A DNA stretch of 38,839 bases, taken from a virus (taxonomy: Duplodnaviria; Caudoviricetes). Made by a program: the position numbers and the translations under genes. This document shows, in pieces, positions 25,676 to 35,346 of the stretch. Where the stretch lies: positions 1 through 38,839 of the IMG/VR virus record IMGVR_UViG_3300034980_000491; one strand, given 5' to 3'. Positions within the stretch are counted from its first letter, which is position 1. The number at the start of each line of letters is the position of its first letter. Below the pieces are notes generated by a model. That model saw only the letters and a list, made by a program, of their open reading frames with translations, was not told the DNA's origin and searched no databases.

Positions 25676-26101
25676 GTGAACAACTTTTCCGAGATGATTG
25701 CTCCGTGGGTGGAAACCAAAAGGAGTGGTCTTGAGAAATCACAAAGATTTGAGCGGCTTCGAGGGCGCATTGCTTCCGTTGGAGATTCCGCTTCGTCGCT
25801 TGAAAAATCTCTGCAAGAAAAGCTGGCAGAGTTTGCTTCGTTGGAGCAGGAAGAGCAGGCGCAATGTCTGTTTGACTTTGCTCAAGCTGAAGAAGAAATG
25901 CAAAAGGCCAAAGAGCTATCGACAGAAGAAGTTGGAGAAGTGGTTGAGGAAGGAGAGTATTCTCCAGAACAAACCGATGCTGCACAATCTGACGATCTGG
26001 CTAAGGCCGATTCCTCAACTACAACTTCCGGCCCCGGAGACGAGGAAGACGAAGAGGAAGACGAAGATGAGGAAGAAGAGGACGACGAGGAAGAGGAGTG
26101 A
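25676..26101 (+). CDS. Acidic head-associated protein with LxKS/A motifs
   Basis: TAAGGAGG RBS before GTG; LEKS twice, MQKA, LAKA; poly-D/E tail. Confidence 0.7.
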   Translation: MNNFSEMIAPWVETKRSGLEKSQRFERLRGRIASVGDSASSLEKSLQEKLAEFASLEQEEQAQCLFDFAQAEEEMQKAKELSTEEVGEVVEEGEYSPEQTDAAQSDDLAKADSSTTTSGPGDEEDEEEDEDEEEEDDEEEE

Positions 26102-26376
26102 AGATCCACATCTCAGAGTCAAGACCGGGAGAGTTTCACGAATCTCGATCCGTTCTCGAAGCAAGGGCAAAGGCCGCAATACAAGCGGCCCTCGATACCT
26201 TGTCGGACTCCGAGCCTCCATTGAGCAAAGGGCAGAACACGCAAACGGCTCGTGGCGGCGAAGTCGATGCGATTGAAGAACTCACTAAACACATGGTTGG
26301 GTTGTACGAGAAACGAGCACAGCAGATGCTTGCTGACCTAGAGCGTGTTCTGGAGAGTTCTGTTGAAAGCAGATGA
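26098..26376 (+). CDS. Head-associated hypothetical protein
   Basis: GTGA overlap with the upstream gene; LSKG motif. Confidence 0.65.
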   Translation: MKIHISESRPGEFHESRSVLEARAKAAIQAALDTLSDSEPPLSKGQNTQTARGGEVDAIEELTKHMVGLYEKRAQQMLADLERVLESSVESR

Positions 26377-27418
26377 AGTAAATTCTCTTTTAGATGAAGT
26401 GATTCGAAAGCACCACGAAGCCTTTGTGGTGGAGATGGTAGGACCGCAAGCATCGGGATTGCCAGACGAAGAAATCAAAACTTTGATAAAAGAGGGCTTT
26501 CTCACCAAGGACGCTTCGACGGGAGTCCCTGTTCGAGGCAGTCGTCAGGAGCTTGATCCGTTTACCTTTTCGAGAGAGATGGGTCGCTCTATGGAGAATG
26601 CGGACCCGGCACGTCGTGCAGCCCTTCGTCAAATGCCGCTTTCCGGGTGGGTGAAAATCGTAGAGAAGGGGGCGGAGACGATCCGCGATGTAGTCCACGA
26701 GCACTCGACCGAACATCTATCCCTTCCAGAGCCACCGCGTCCCGCTGCATCCGTAGCTACCACACGTCCTGTTCGAGCAATTGAACCTACTCCCGGTCTT
26801 TCCAGACAGGAGCAGGAGGCGTATGTTCAGGCAATGGATCGTGCAGGTTCCTACATTCGAGGATTGGGCAATCGAATTTCTCAAAACACAGGTTCTCTTG
26901 TTCGTGAAGTTTGGGACAAGGAACAGATTGTTTTGGAAGTGGACCCGGCCCTGAGACAAGAGACGGTGGACATTGTTCGAGACAAGGTGGCAGACGCCTT
27001 TCGCCAAAGACAATCTGTCCAGAAACTTGTTTCCGAATTGGGGCACGCCACAAAGGATTGGGCGCGAAATTGGGAGCGCATTGCCAGAACGGAGTTGCAG
27101 GGATCTTACAATGAGGGTGTGATCCTCGATGCGATCAGGGTTTATGGGGACACCGCAGGCATGGCGAGGGTTCCAGAAACAAGCGCGTGCAGGCATTGTT
27201 TGAGATTGTTTTTGGATGAAGAAGGGCGTCCGCGTGTTTTTTCTATTCAAGAATTGCTATCCAATGGTACAAATGTCGGTAAGAAGCCGATGCAATGGGT
27301 TGCGACCGTGTGGCCAGCCCATCCGAATTGCAGATGTGACACCGTAACAGTCCCGCCCGGAATGAAAATCGGGAAAGACGGGATCTTGTTATTGGAAGGC
27401 GAGGAAGATGAAGATTGA
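26345..27418 (+). CDS. Head morphogenesis protein (MuF/SPP1 gp7-like); start may be TTG at 26363
   Basis: WERIARTELQGSYNEG, ACRHC and PAHPNCRC. Confidence 0.85.
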   Translation: MFWRVLLKADEVNSLLDEVIRKHHEAFVVEMVGPQASGLPDEEIKTLIKEGFLTKDASTGVPVRGSRQELDPFTFSREMGRSMENADPARRAALRQMPLSGWVKIVEKGAETIRDVVHEHSTEHLSLPEPPRPAASVATTRPVRAIEPTPGLSRQEQEAYVQAMDRAGSYIRGLGNRISQNTGSLVREVWDKEQIVLEVDPALRQETVDIVRDKVADAFRQRQSVQKLVSELGHATKDWARNWERIARTELQGSYNEGVILDAIRVYGDTAGMARVPETSACRHCLRLFLDEEGRPRVFSIQELLSNGTNVGKKPMQWVATVWPAHPNCRCDTVTVPPGMKIGKDGILLLEGEEDED

Positions 27419-28142
27419 TACCTTTTCGGTTTGGACGCCATTCGAGCTAATCAAAAGCGACGAAGCAGAGCCGTTGACCGGAAGAATCGGCGGAATTATT
27501 TCGACAGAAAGCACGGACCAGCAGGGAGAGCGCGTCCTTCAGGACGGAATCGACTGGACCTATTTCCTGAAACACGGATGGTTCAATTACGAACATCGTG
27601 CAGGACCGGACAACGTGCTTGGGCATCCCGAGATTGTTTCTGAAACAGACTTTGAGGGAAAGCCCGCAACCCGTGTCGAAGGTGTCTTGTATCTCCACAA
27701 GGCGAAAGCCAAAGAGATTTACGAAACAGCGATGGCGATGCAGAAAGCAAAGACAAGTCGTAGGCTTGGCTTTTCTGTTGAAGGGCAGGTTTTAAGCCGC
27801 GACAAAAACCAAATTGCGAAAGCAAAGGTTTTGAATGTGGCCATTACCGCTCATCCCGTAAATCCAGACGCCCGATTGGAGGTGTTGGCAAGGTCTCTGA
27901 CGTTGGATAAAGGCAACGTGGGATACCAGACACCGACGCAACCGGGCACTGGTTCTTTGTCCGCTCTGGTTCCACAGAGCATTTCCGATAAGTTGGCTTT
28001 TGCGACGTATGGTTCTTCGCAGAAGAAACGAAAACGGAAAATGACGGTTTCCGAACTAGCTGATATGTTGACAAGAATTTTTACGACGTTAGACTCGGCA
28101 CAAGCGTTGGAATCCGCTCGTAAGATTGCGAATTCGGTGTAA
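27408..28142 (+). CDS. Prohead maturation protease (HK97/U35-like fold)
   Basis: GIISTESTDQQGERVLQDGID, FNYEH, LGFSVEG and VAITAHPVNP. Confidence 0.9.
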   Translation: MKIDTFSVWTPFELIKSDEAEPLTGRIGGIISTESTDQQGERVLQDGIDWTYFLKHGWFNYEHRAGPDNVLGHPEIVSETDFEGKPATRVEGVLYLHKAKAKEIYETAMAMQKAKTSRRLGFSVEGQVLSRDKNQIAKAKVLNVAITAHPVNPDARLEVLARSLTLDKGNVGYQTPTQPGTGSLSALVPQSISDKLAFATYGSSQKKRKRKMTVSELADMLTRIFTTLDSAQALESARKIANSV

Positions 28143-28212
28143 TGATAACGCGATCTTTTTTTTGGTAGAGCCTTTTTTGGTTCGTTTTTGTGAATTCAAT
28201 AAGGAATGAAAC

Positions 28213-28854
28213 ATGAATAACGCACTTCTTGAGCACCTTAAAGGTGCAGGAATCGAGCCTGAAAAGGCGGAGGCCATTGCGAAAGGCTTTGTGGTTCCAG
28301 AAACCGTTGATGAGGAAGATACGGTGGATGTTGAACAGCTTACTAAAGCAATGAGTGAGCTTTCGGATACGATGGAGAAAGGATACGACACCGACTTTGA
28401 CGTTGAAGAAGCGTCTGTTGAAGTTGGGGTTGTTGAAGCCCTTGCGAAAGCCTCGGATATTCTCCTCGAAGAACACCGGGAGCAGAATTCTGCCATCGCG
28501 CAGGCTCTTCTCCGAATCGGTGAAGAAATCGTTGAGCTTCGTCAGGACTTTGGTCAGTTGGCCAAAGGCGTTGGCGGCGTTCAGGATGAAGTCCAGAAGT
28601 CGCTTGAGGCGGTCGAGGATTCCATCAACACTCCTCTCCTTCGGAAGTCTGTTGACTCTGAGGTTGAGGTGATTGACCACCCCGGGGATGTAGTGACGGC
28701 GGCAAGCGCCCCCGACCTTCTCACCAAGGCGCTTGGGGAAATGAAAAACGGTGTCGATAAGAACCGTGGTCGTGAACTGCGACAGGCTGTTGCTCTCTTG
28801 GAAATCCCGGGAACCAACGTGTCTGAAATCGCAACTCGTTTTGGACTTCACTAG
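28213..28854 (+). CDS. Probable scaffolding protein
   Basis: Acidic helical protein between protease and capsid with many LxK[AGS] motifs. Confidence 0.7.
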   Translation: MNNALLEHLKGAGIEPEKAEAIAKGFVVPETVDEEDTVDVEQLTKAMSELSDTMEKGYDTDFDVEEASVEVGVVEALAKASDILLEEHREQNSAIAQALLRIGEEIVELRQDFGQLAKGVGGVQDEVQKSLEAVEDSINTPLLRKSVDSEVEVIDHPGDVVTAASAPDLLTKALGEMKNGVDKNRGRELRQAVALLEIPGTNVSEIATRFGLH

Positions 28855-28876
28855 AATTGCGATTTAGGAGGAAACA

Positions 28877-30301
28877 GTGAACATCCCTAGTCTCCCCGGA
28901 ATGAACGAGATGGTCCCCGTGGCCGACCTCGTTGCATTGAACAGTGCCCTTCGGAAAGGTAACATTGGCTATCAAACGCCAACAGTCCCGTCTGCTGAGT
29001 CCAGCGACTCTCTGAGTCCGCTGGTTCCGCAGTCGATTGAAAGTTCTCTCGCTAGTGCGACTTACACGATGACTGAGTTGGCGATTTGGCCTGATATGCC
29101 GAAGCGTCAAGTCACGAACAACGTGCATGAGTTCAACGTGCTCAATGACCACGGTCTGGACCTTGACCCCTTCATTGTTGAGGGTGGTGGAGGAACCACG
29201 AATCGGTCTGAGTATTCCAGAGAGTCCATTAAAATCAAGTATTTAGCCGAACGTCGGGAAGTTTCGGACGTGGCTACGACTGTTGGAATTCTCGGAAGCA
29301 GCCCCAATGCGATTGCGGAAGAGACCGAGCGTGGAACCATGCGCCTGATGCAGAAGTTGGAGCGATCCATTCTTCACGCACAGGAAGGTCTTTCTTCGGA
29401 TTCGCGTCAGTTTGACGGCATCATCAAGCAGATTGAAGATGCAGGTCAGGTCACGGATATGCGAAACGGTGGAATCACTGCAAACAAGTTGCAGGAAGTT
29501 CTTGCCGATGTCTACGCGGCATCGTCGTCTGGGAAGGGCTTCGGTCGTCCCGACACGATCTACGTCGAGCCTCGCGTGCATGGCGACTTGATCAAGCAGA
29601 CTGTGGCTTACGGGCGACATGACCAACTTCAGGTTAGCGATAGCAGCCTGCTCTTCGGTCATCGTGACCTGACCATCATGGCCCCTTACGGCGCTGTGAA
29701 GGTGAAGGCTGCTCCGTTCCTGTTTACAAGCTACACGGCCCCGGCAACTGCATCTGGAACCACAGACGCGCCGAGCACTCCGTCCTTCGCGCAGCAACCG
29801 GTGCATGATTCGGGTCTTTCTGGCACTTCTCAGTGGACTGCCGCAGACGCGGGCGATTACATCTACAAGGTTGTTGCAGTCAACAAGTTCGGCTACTCGC
29901 TGTTCTTCACGTCTAATGCTGTTGCCGTCACCAGCGGAAACAAGGTTGAGATGAGCGTTACAGCCGATTCCGATGTTGACTTCTACCGCGTGTACCGTTC
30001 TGCAAAGGACGGTGCGGCGAGCACTTGCAAGTTGATCAAGGAAATTGCGAACAACACCGACCTTGGTTCCAACTGTTTAATCACGGACCTCAACGACGAT
30101 ATTCCCGACACTTCTCGGGTTCTGTTTTTGCAGAATGATCCGTCTGTAATTGAGTTCGTGAGGCTCTTGGATTTCTTGCGTAGACCTCTCGCGGAAATTG
30201 CCACTACTAAGCCGTTTTTATTGATGTTATTCGGTTCACCTATTGTAAAAGTTCCGACCAAGAACTTTTCACTGAAGAACGTCGGCATCTCGGCTGCGTA
30301 A
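28877..30301 (+). CDS. Major capsid protein
   Basis: AGGAGG RBS; LVPQSIE, VHEFN, IKYLAERREVS and QFDGIIKQI; inserted FN3/Ig-like domain (YIYKVVAVNKFG) as in SPO1/Twort-like capsids. Confidence 0.92.
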   Translation: MNIPSLPGMNEMVPVADLVALNSALRKGNIGYQTPTVPSAESSDSLSPLVPQSIESSLASATYTMTELAIWPDMPKRQVTNNVHEFNVLNDHGLDLDPFIVEGGGGTTNRSEYSRESIKIKYLAERREVSDVATTVGILGSSPNAIAEETERGTMRLMQKLERSILHAQEGLSSDSRQFDGIIKQIEDAGQVTDMRNGGITANKLQEVLADVYAASSSGKGFGRPDTIYVEPRVHGDLIKQTVAYGRHDQLQVSDSSLLFGHRDLTIMAPYGAVKVKAAPFLFTSYTAPATASGTTDAPSTPSFAQQPVHDSGLSGTSQWTAADAGDYIYKVVAVNKFGYSLFFTSNAVAVTSGNKVEMSVTADSDVDFYRVYRSAKDGAASTCKLIKEIANNTDLGSNCLITDLNDDIPDTSRVLFLQNDPSVIEFVRLLDFLRRPLAEIATTKPFLLMLFGSPIVKVPTKNFSLKNVGISAA

Positions 30302-30310
30302 GGTTTTTAG

Positions 30311-30348
30311 CCGGTTGTTGGCGGGTATTTAATCTCGTCAACAACCGG
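30311..30348 (+). terminator. Hairpin after the capsid gene (terminator or stabiliser)
   Basis: CCGGTTGTTGGCGGG/CTCGTCAACAACCGG 15-bp stem with G-U pairs; only a weak U tract. Confidence 0.55.
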
Positions 30349-30363
30349 TGATTTCTGATAGGT

Positions 30364-30392
30364 AAGTTACGATAATATCGTAACCCTGTCAA
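30364..30392 (-). promoter_or_regulatory. Antisense sigma70-like promoter with perfect palindromic box
   Basis: TTGACA-17 bp-TAACTT on the minus strand; GTTACGATA-A-TATCGTAAC palindrome at 30366-30384. Confidence 0.6.
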
Positions 30393-30417
30393 TACTTCTT
30401 TTGAAGGGGTTTTTGTT

Positions 30418-30669
30418 ATGGCAAAAGCGTGGTTTCACACAACTCTGACAGACACCAGCTTTGGAATCCAAGGTGAGGTGTTCAAGTTGAATTCGGAAGG
30501 GCTACTTTCTCCCCATCCAGAGAATGACGAAACGGTTCGAGCCTGCATTGAATATCCGCATACAGAACTTCGGGACATCCCCGATTCACCGGAAAAAGCA
30601 GCACCCAAGGCCGCGCCCAAGGCGGCTACCAAAAAGGCCGCTGCAAAAAAGCCTTCAAAGAAGGCGTAG
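30418..30669 (+). CDS. Small post-capsid protein with Lys/Ala-rich tail
   Basis: Position after the capsid gene; KAAPKAAPKAATKKAAAKK tail. Confidence 0.75.
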   Translation: MAKAWFHTTLTDTSFGIQGEVFKLNSEGLLSPHPENDETVRACIEYPHTELRDIPDSPEKAAPKAAPKAATKKAAAKKPSKKA

Positions 30670-30680
30670 GAGCAAAGTAA

Positions 30681-31046
30681 ATGGCCCTTACAGCAACACA
30701 GACTACCTTGCTTTCCTCGCTCACGGCGGCGAAGGCGAAGCTGGCCGACCAATCTGACGCGGCTGGCGTTGAGTACGGAGACTTCGCGCAGGTTCTTGAA
30801 TCTGCTGCTGCGTCTCTCACCCTGATTACTACCGGACAGACCACCATGTTAAGTAGTGCATCTACCGTTGTGGTCACCGTGGACAGCAAGTTCAACGGCA
30901 AGCCTATCTTTGCGATTTTGGGCGTGACCGATGGCACCAAGTCCATCATAAGTGCAGAGTGGACCGCAGCAACGCAATTCACCATCACTGCTTCGGCTGC
31001 GGTGTCGGCCAACCGGACTGTGTTTTACTTAATCGACGGACGTTAG
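30681..31046 (+). CDS. Virion structural/decoration protein
   Basis: AGGAG RBS; helical N-terminus plus a beta-sandwich-like C-terminus. Confidence 0.7.
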   Translation: MALTATQTTLLSSLTAAKAKLADQSDAAGVEYGDFAQVLESAAASLTLITTGQTTMLSSASTVVVTVDSKFNGKPIFAILGVTDGTKSIISAEWTAATQFTITASAAVSANRTVFYLIDGR

Positions 31047-31068
31047 CCAAAAATGATGGAGGAAGCCC

Positions 31069-32034
31069 GTGTCAATTTATACCGAGCTTTCTGCCGCTTG
31101 GCTAAAGAACACCTACCTGTTGGGCGTCGATCTTACGCTTGACGACGGTACGGCGTATCCCGACGAGATTTACACCAATTCAATCCAAGCTGCGGTAGCT
31201 TATCTTGAGCACGAGCTTGGTGTGATTTTGGATACGACCAGCTTTGTTGGTGAGCAACACGACGCTTACGAACCAAACAGGTCGGGCTTTTGGCCATTTC
31301 GTTTAGACCATAGGCCCGTTCGATCTGTTGAAAAGATGCAGATCAAATTGGGTGCTTTTCCTGCCGTCACGATTCCCAACAGTTGGGTTCAACAAGTCCA
31401 GCCGATGTATGGGCAAATCCACATCATTCCATCTCAGGAGATGTTGGGTTCCTATATTTTCCGAGCCGGGATTCCTCTGATTGCGGGTGATGTTTACCAG
31501 CCAGCGGAATACATCCCCGGCTATTTCCATTTCGACTACACCGTTGGGTTTGGTTTGGAATCGGGAACGGTTAGCATCGCGCAAGGGGTCTCTACCTCAG
31601 AGGTCACTCTTTCTTCTGCTTTTATGGACCCCCAATTCACCGTCACGACATCCATCACGGATGCACAAGGCGCGTCGGGGGCCAGCATCACAAGCAAAGC
31701 GAAAACTGGATTTACGATTTCCTTGGCACAAGCCCCGACAACGGGCGCGGCAACGATCTCGTGGACCGCAAGCGGTCTTCCGCAGGACATCAAACACGCG
31801 CTGGGGTATCTTGCAGCGATGCAGCCCTTGAATGTGGCGGGTGACCTAATTGCCGGGGCTGGTGTGGCCTCTTTCGCCACTTCCATCGATGGATTGAGTA
31901 CCAGTCTAAACACGACTTCTTCAGCGACTAATAGCGGCTACGGAGCGAGAATCCTCAATTATCTCAAGCAGTTAAAGGAATTGCTACCGGCGCTTCGGGC
32001 CAAATATAGAACGATAAACATCGGCGTCCTTTAG
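31069..32034 (+). CDS. Head-tail adaptor (neck 1) with inserted beta domain
   Basis: YLLGVDL, IQAAVAYLEHELG, LDHRPVRSVE, FDYTVGF...LPQDIKHALG and SIDGLSTS..TTSSATNSGYGARI. Confidence 0.8.
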   Translation: MSIYTELSAAWLKNTYLLGVDLTLDDGTAYPDEIYTNSIQAAVAYLEHELGVILDTTSFVGEQHDAYEPNRSGFWPFRLDHRPVRSVEKMQIKLGAFPAVTIPNSWVQQVQPMYGQIHIIPSQEMLGSYIFRAGIPLIAGDVYQPAEYIPGYFHFDYTVGFGLESGTVSIAQGVSTSEVTLSSAFMDPQFTVTTSITDAQGASGASITSKAKTGFTISLAQAPTTGAATISWTASGLPQDIKHALGYLAAMQPLNVAGDLIAGAGVASFATSIDGLSTSLNTTSSATNSGYGARILNYLKQLKELLPALRAKYRTINIGVL

Positions 32035-32044
32035 TGAGGGAATA

Positions 32045-33064
32045 ATGGCAGCAAAGTTGATTTTGGCAGCACAGACCCGACGCGGAGATGGCGTAGCCAT
32101 TTGTGCAGATGATCTTGTTCCACGCGATCCGACCTCTCGAACCTCCAATTTCATCCTCGTCAACGGAATGAAGGTGACGAACGGGAGTGTGAACTTTGTT
32201 CGCGGCGTTCCTTTCGGCGTAGACATTGATATTACCTATGCGGATCTCGTAGCTCTCGGAGCGGTCACGACGGGCTACATTGATTTGGTAAGTTCCTCTA
32301 CCTATGGTTTTTATGTAGTCCATGCCCATGCGAATTTGACGACTGCTTTTTTGAGGAGTTCCGCGCAGAATAGATTGCAAACAACGCTTTGTGACAACAC
32401 GGCGAGGAGCACAGGAAGAGCCACCTTCACCCTGACAGACAAGCCGAACGAAGGCTCCACCATCACGATTCGGGACGCCGATGGGACGAGCGTTGTTTTT
32501 GAAATCGACAACGAAGGTGACGGCGGGGCGGGGGCCAACGTCGAAATAGATGGAATTTATGCCGCAGGCGGTGGTTACACAGGAACGTCGGCAGACCTTG
32601 TGGCGAAAATCAACGCGCAAAGCGCCTTGAACATCGTTGCGAGCAACCCCTACCCCGGCAAAGTGGTTTTAATGCACGGAACGGCGGGAACGGCTGGAAA
32701 CGTAGCTATCGCGGTCAACGACCAGACACATTGGGATAGCGTGTGCTCCGTCAATGTGCCCACCGCCCTTGCGGGAGGCTCTGACGATGCTTTTTTGACG
32801 GCAATAGAGGTCGGGAACCGGGGGGCGAATTCGTCGGTTTACACAAGCACGGGCTACAAAGCCACGGAAAACGCAGAAAAAGGTGCGCGGCTACGAACGC
32901 CTAATAACAATTTTTTTCAAGCGAATGGTACGGACACCCTTCGAGCGATGTTCACTAGCTTGGACCTCAACGACCTGAGCGCGAGTCTTGTAAATGACGC
33001 AGACAACTTTGATACGTTTACGGCGGGCGCTATCAGCTTCCGCCTGACCCTCATGTTGTTGTAG
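32045..33064 (+). CDS. Virion structural protein (neck/collar decoration-like)
   Basis: Gly/Ala/Thr-rich; ATFTLTDKPNEGSTITIRD..VFEID; lies between neck genes. Confidence 0.65.
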   Translation: MAAKLILAAQTRRGDGVAICADDLVPRDPTSRTSNFILVNGMKVTNGSVNFVRGVPFGVDIDITYADLVALGAVTTGYIDLVSSSTYGFYVVHAHANLTTAFLRSSAQNRLQTTLCDNTARSTGRATFTLTDKPNEGSTITIRDADGTSVVFEIDNEGDGGAGANVEIDGIYAAGGGYTGTSADLVAKINAQSALNIVASNPYPGKVVLMHGTAGTAGNVAIAVNDQTHWDSVCSVNVPTALAGGSDDAFLTAIEVGNRGANSSVYTSTGYKATENAEKGARLRTPNNNFFQANGTDTLRAMFTSLDLNDLSASLVNDADNFDTFTAGAISFRLTLMLL

Positions 33065-33072
33065 GATTTTCA

Positions 33073-33885
33073 ATGCCAATTCTCCCCGGACTCAAACCCA
33101 GCAAGATTCGCCCCCGCGTTGATATGCGTGTGGACAATCTCCGCAGGCTTGTGTTCGAGAAGGGGATGCGGATTAAGTGGTCTATGGCCGCAGAATGTCC
33201 TTGTCAGGAATCCTTGACCCTTTCCGGTAAAACAGGGAACACGCGGGAATCGCGGGTGGATTGTGCGGGGTGCAGTGGGACAGGCATCGTCTATCATAGC
33301 GAGCAGGAAGTTGTTGGCATCGTAAGCGACCCAAACACAGATTACGACCGATTCCGAACGTATGGAGAGTATGAAACGGGTTCCCTTCGCATTTCTCTTC
33401 TCCCAGAACACGCCCCCGGGCCTATGGATCGATTGGAATTGCTCGACAATGTAATGGTGTTTAGAGAAACGAAAAAGAGAACGGCCAGCACAACAGAATC
33501 TTTGAGGTATCCGATTGTAAAGCGCACTTTCAAAGTGGGGTCTGCGGGGGACAACACGGTCTCCGTGACAACCACAATTGGCGTTTTGTACATGAGAAAG
33601 GCAACGACGGCGGGTGTAATCTCTTCTGACGTTCTTGAGGAAGGAACGGATTTTATAGTCAACTCAAGCGGCGAGATTGATTGGACTCTGGGAATTGCTG
33701 CGGGCACAGCCCCCTCTACCGGAGAGTTTTATTCCGCGAGTTTTTACGTCCATCCGACGTATGTTGTGACTGGTTTCCCGTACACCTTTCGTGATACGAA
33801 CATTCAACGCAAGTTGACCGCTCCGTCGTTTGAAAATATGCCCACGGCGGTGAACTGCAAGCTGGAATTCTTGGTGAAGACCTAA
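33073..33885 (+). CDS. Head closure/neck protein
   Basis: WSMAAECPC...CAGCSGTG zinc motif, MDRLELLD, EGTDF and YVHPTYVV. Confidence 0.78.
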   Translation: MPILPGLKPSKIRPRVDMRVDNLRRLVFEKGMRIKWSMAAECPCQESLTLSGKTGNTRESRVDCAGCSGTGIVYHSEQEVVGIVSDPNTDYDRFRTYGEYETGSLRISLLPEHAPGPMDRLELLDNVMVFRETKKRTASTTESLRYPIVKRTFKVGSAGDNTVSVTTTIGVLYMRKATTAGVISSDVLEEGTDFIVNSSGEIDWTLGIAAGTAPSTGEFYSASFYVHPTYVVTGFPYTFRDTNIQRKLTAPSFENMPTAVNCKLEFLVKT

Positions 33886-34706
33886 TGGCGACCATTGATT
33901 GGCAGGACATTTCGAAGACGCTTTCTTATGAGCAACTACAGCGCCAGCACAGGCTCGGCCTGAAGCTGATTAGCGAGTGGAAGCGCCTTGCCAACCAGAT
34001 GATTCCACAGGGGCGCGGGGGCCGAGTTTTAACCCAATACAAGAAAGGGATTCAGATGGTGGAAAACACCGCTGAACGAACCGTCATCGAGCTTGTTGGG
34101 ATGTTTCCGAATATGTTCGAGCAGGGCCTTGGTGCTGGCGGTGTGGGGTCTGACGTTAGGCCGTTCGATCTTCGACTTCATGTGCTCCGAAAAGCCGTTC
34201 CAAATAAAGTGCATCCCGGTAAAAATGGTTTGTATGCAAACGTGCCGTTCGAGCATACGCTTGGGTCGATTTCGGCTGCTGCGGTTCGAAAAAAAACGAT
34301 GAGTACGAAGATAAAAACTGCACAGGGAATGACGGCGATTATTAAGAAGAAAATATCAGCGCGAACAGCCGCAGAGCGATTGAAGGCGACAACGACGGAA
34401 ATGTCTCCGCAAGGAGAGCGGATCACCAGATATGGCGAGCGACTGGAGGCGGGTTTCGCGGACGTTAGCTCGAACGTGATTTCCGGGCAGAAACACGCTA
34501 CAGATATTCTTCATGGGGTCATTCGCATGGAGAAGGGGTATGCACAAAGCGGGGAGACGGGCGTTCAGCACAGAAGTTTCCGGCGAATTTCGCAGGGAGG
34601 AAAGCCGTGGATGTCGAAGGGTATTCCGGCTAGAAATGTAGCGAGAATTCTCACGCAGAGAATTCCTGATATCATGGAGAAGATGAGGCGTGGCGGGCTT
34701 ATTTGA
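33885..34706 (+). CDS. Neck/tail completion protein
   Basis: PNMFEQG..PFDLR, YANVPFEH and FRRIS..W...GIPARN; conserved position. Confidence 0.72.
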   Translation: MATIDWQDISKTLSYEQLQRQHRLGLKLISEWKRLANQMIPQGRGGRVLTQYKKGIQMVENTAERTVIELVGMFPNMFEQGLGAGGVGSDVRPFDLRLHVLRKAVPNKVHPGKNGLYANVPFEHTLGSISAAAVRKKTMSTKIKTAQGMTAIIKKKISARTAAERLKATTTEMSPQGERITRYGERLEAGFADVSSNVISGQKHATDILHGVIRMEKGYAQSGETGVQHRSFRRISQGGKPWMSKGIPARNVARILTQRIPDIMEKMRRGGLI

Positions 34707-35331
34707 CCTACATACGTTGATGGCTCTGGAGACGGGGTGGCCAACGCTTGTTGCCAGCAACGATGCTTGGGATGTTCTGTTTGAAGGGATTCCGTCTTCT
34801 GCCATTACTGAATGGAAAGCAGAGCTTGCTTCATCTGGCGTTGAGTTTGCTATGGCATATTCGCCCGGAGAAACGAAGTTCCCCGCTGTCTTCACTCGAT
34901 TGGAAGATGAGAAAACAGAAGTTCAACCAATGAACTTTTTCACGGGTAGGGTAGACACCCTTGACGGCGTGAAAACACAGATTGATGCGTTTGAGGTTGA
35001 GGAAACAATTGGAATCTATATTCTGGCCCCATCGCCGCAGTCTGCGAGGGCTTTGTTTGTTGGAATACGAGCTATAATGGTGTCCAGCCTAGACTGGCTG
35101 GTTCAAAACGGGAAATACCACTCTATCGAATATCTCGGGGGTGGTGATCTGGAACCGGAATCTGCTTTGCTGCCGGAGACTTTAGGTGTATTCATACGAG
35201 TGCAGCGTTGGAAAGCGTATTCGACAGCCCAAGTTCCGAACTTGGCGCTGGTAAACAAACCGGCCTTTGTTCATTCAACGGATGTCACGGTCGATAGTCA
35301 TACCGGCGGTGTGAGCGGATCAGAAGAGTAG
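34690..35331 (+). CDS. Probable tail terminator/completion protein
   Basis: Directly upstream of the sheath gene; FPAVFTRLEDE. Confidence 0.65.
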   Translation: MAGLFDLHTLMALETGWPTLVASNDAWDVLFEGIPSSAITEWKAELASSGVEFAMAYSPGETKFPAVFTRLEDEKTEVQPMNFFTGRVDTLDGVKTQIDAFEVEETIGIYILAPSPQSARALFVGIRAIMVSSLDWLVQNGKYHSIEYLGGGDLEPESALLPETLGVFIRVQRWKAYSTAQVPNLALVNKPAFVHSTDVTVDSHTGGVSGSEE

Positions 35332-35346
35332 AGTTAGGAGGAACCT

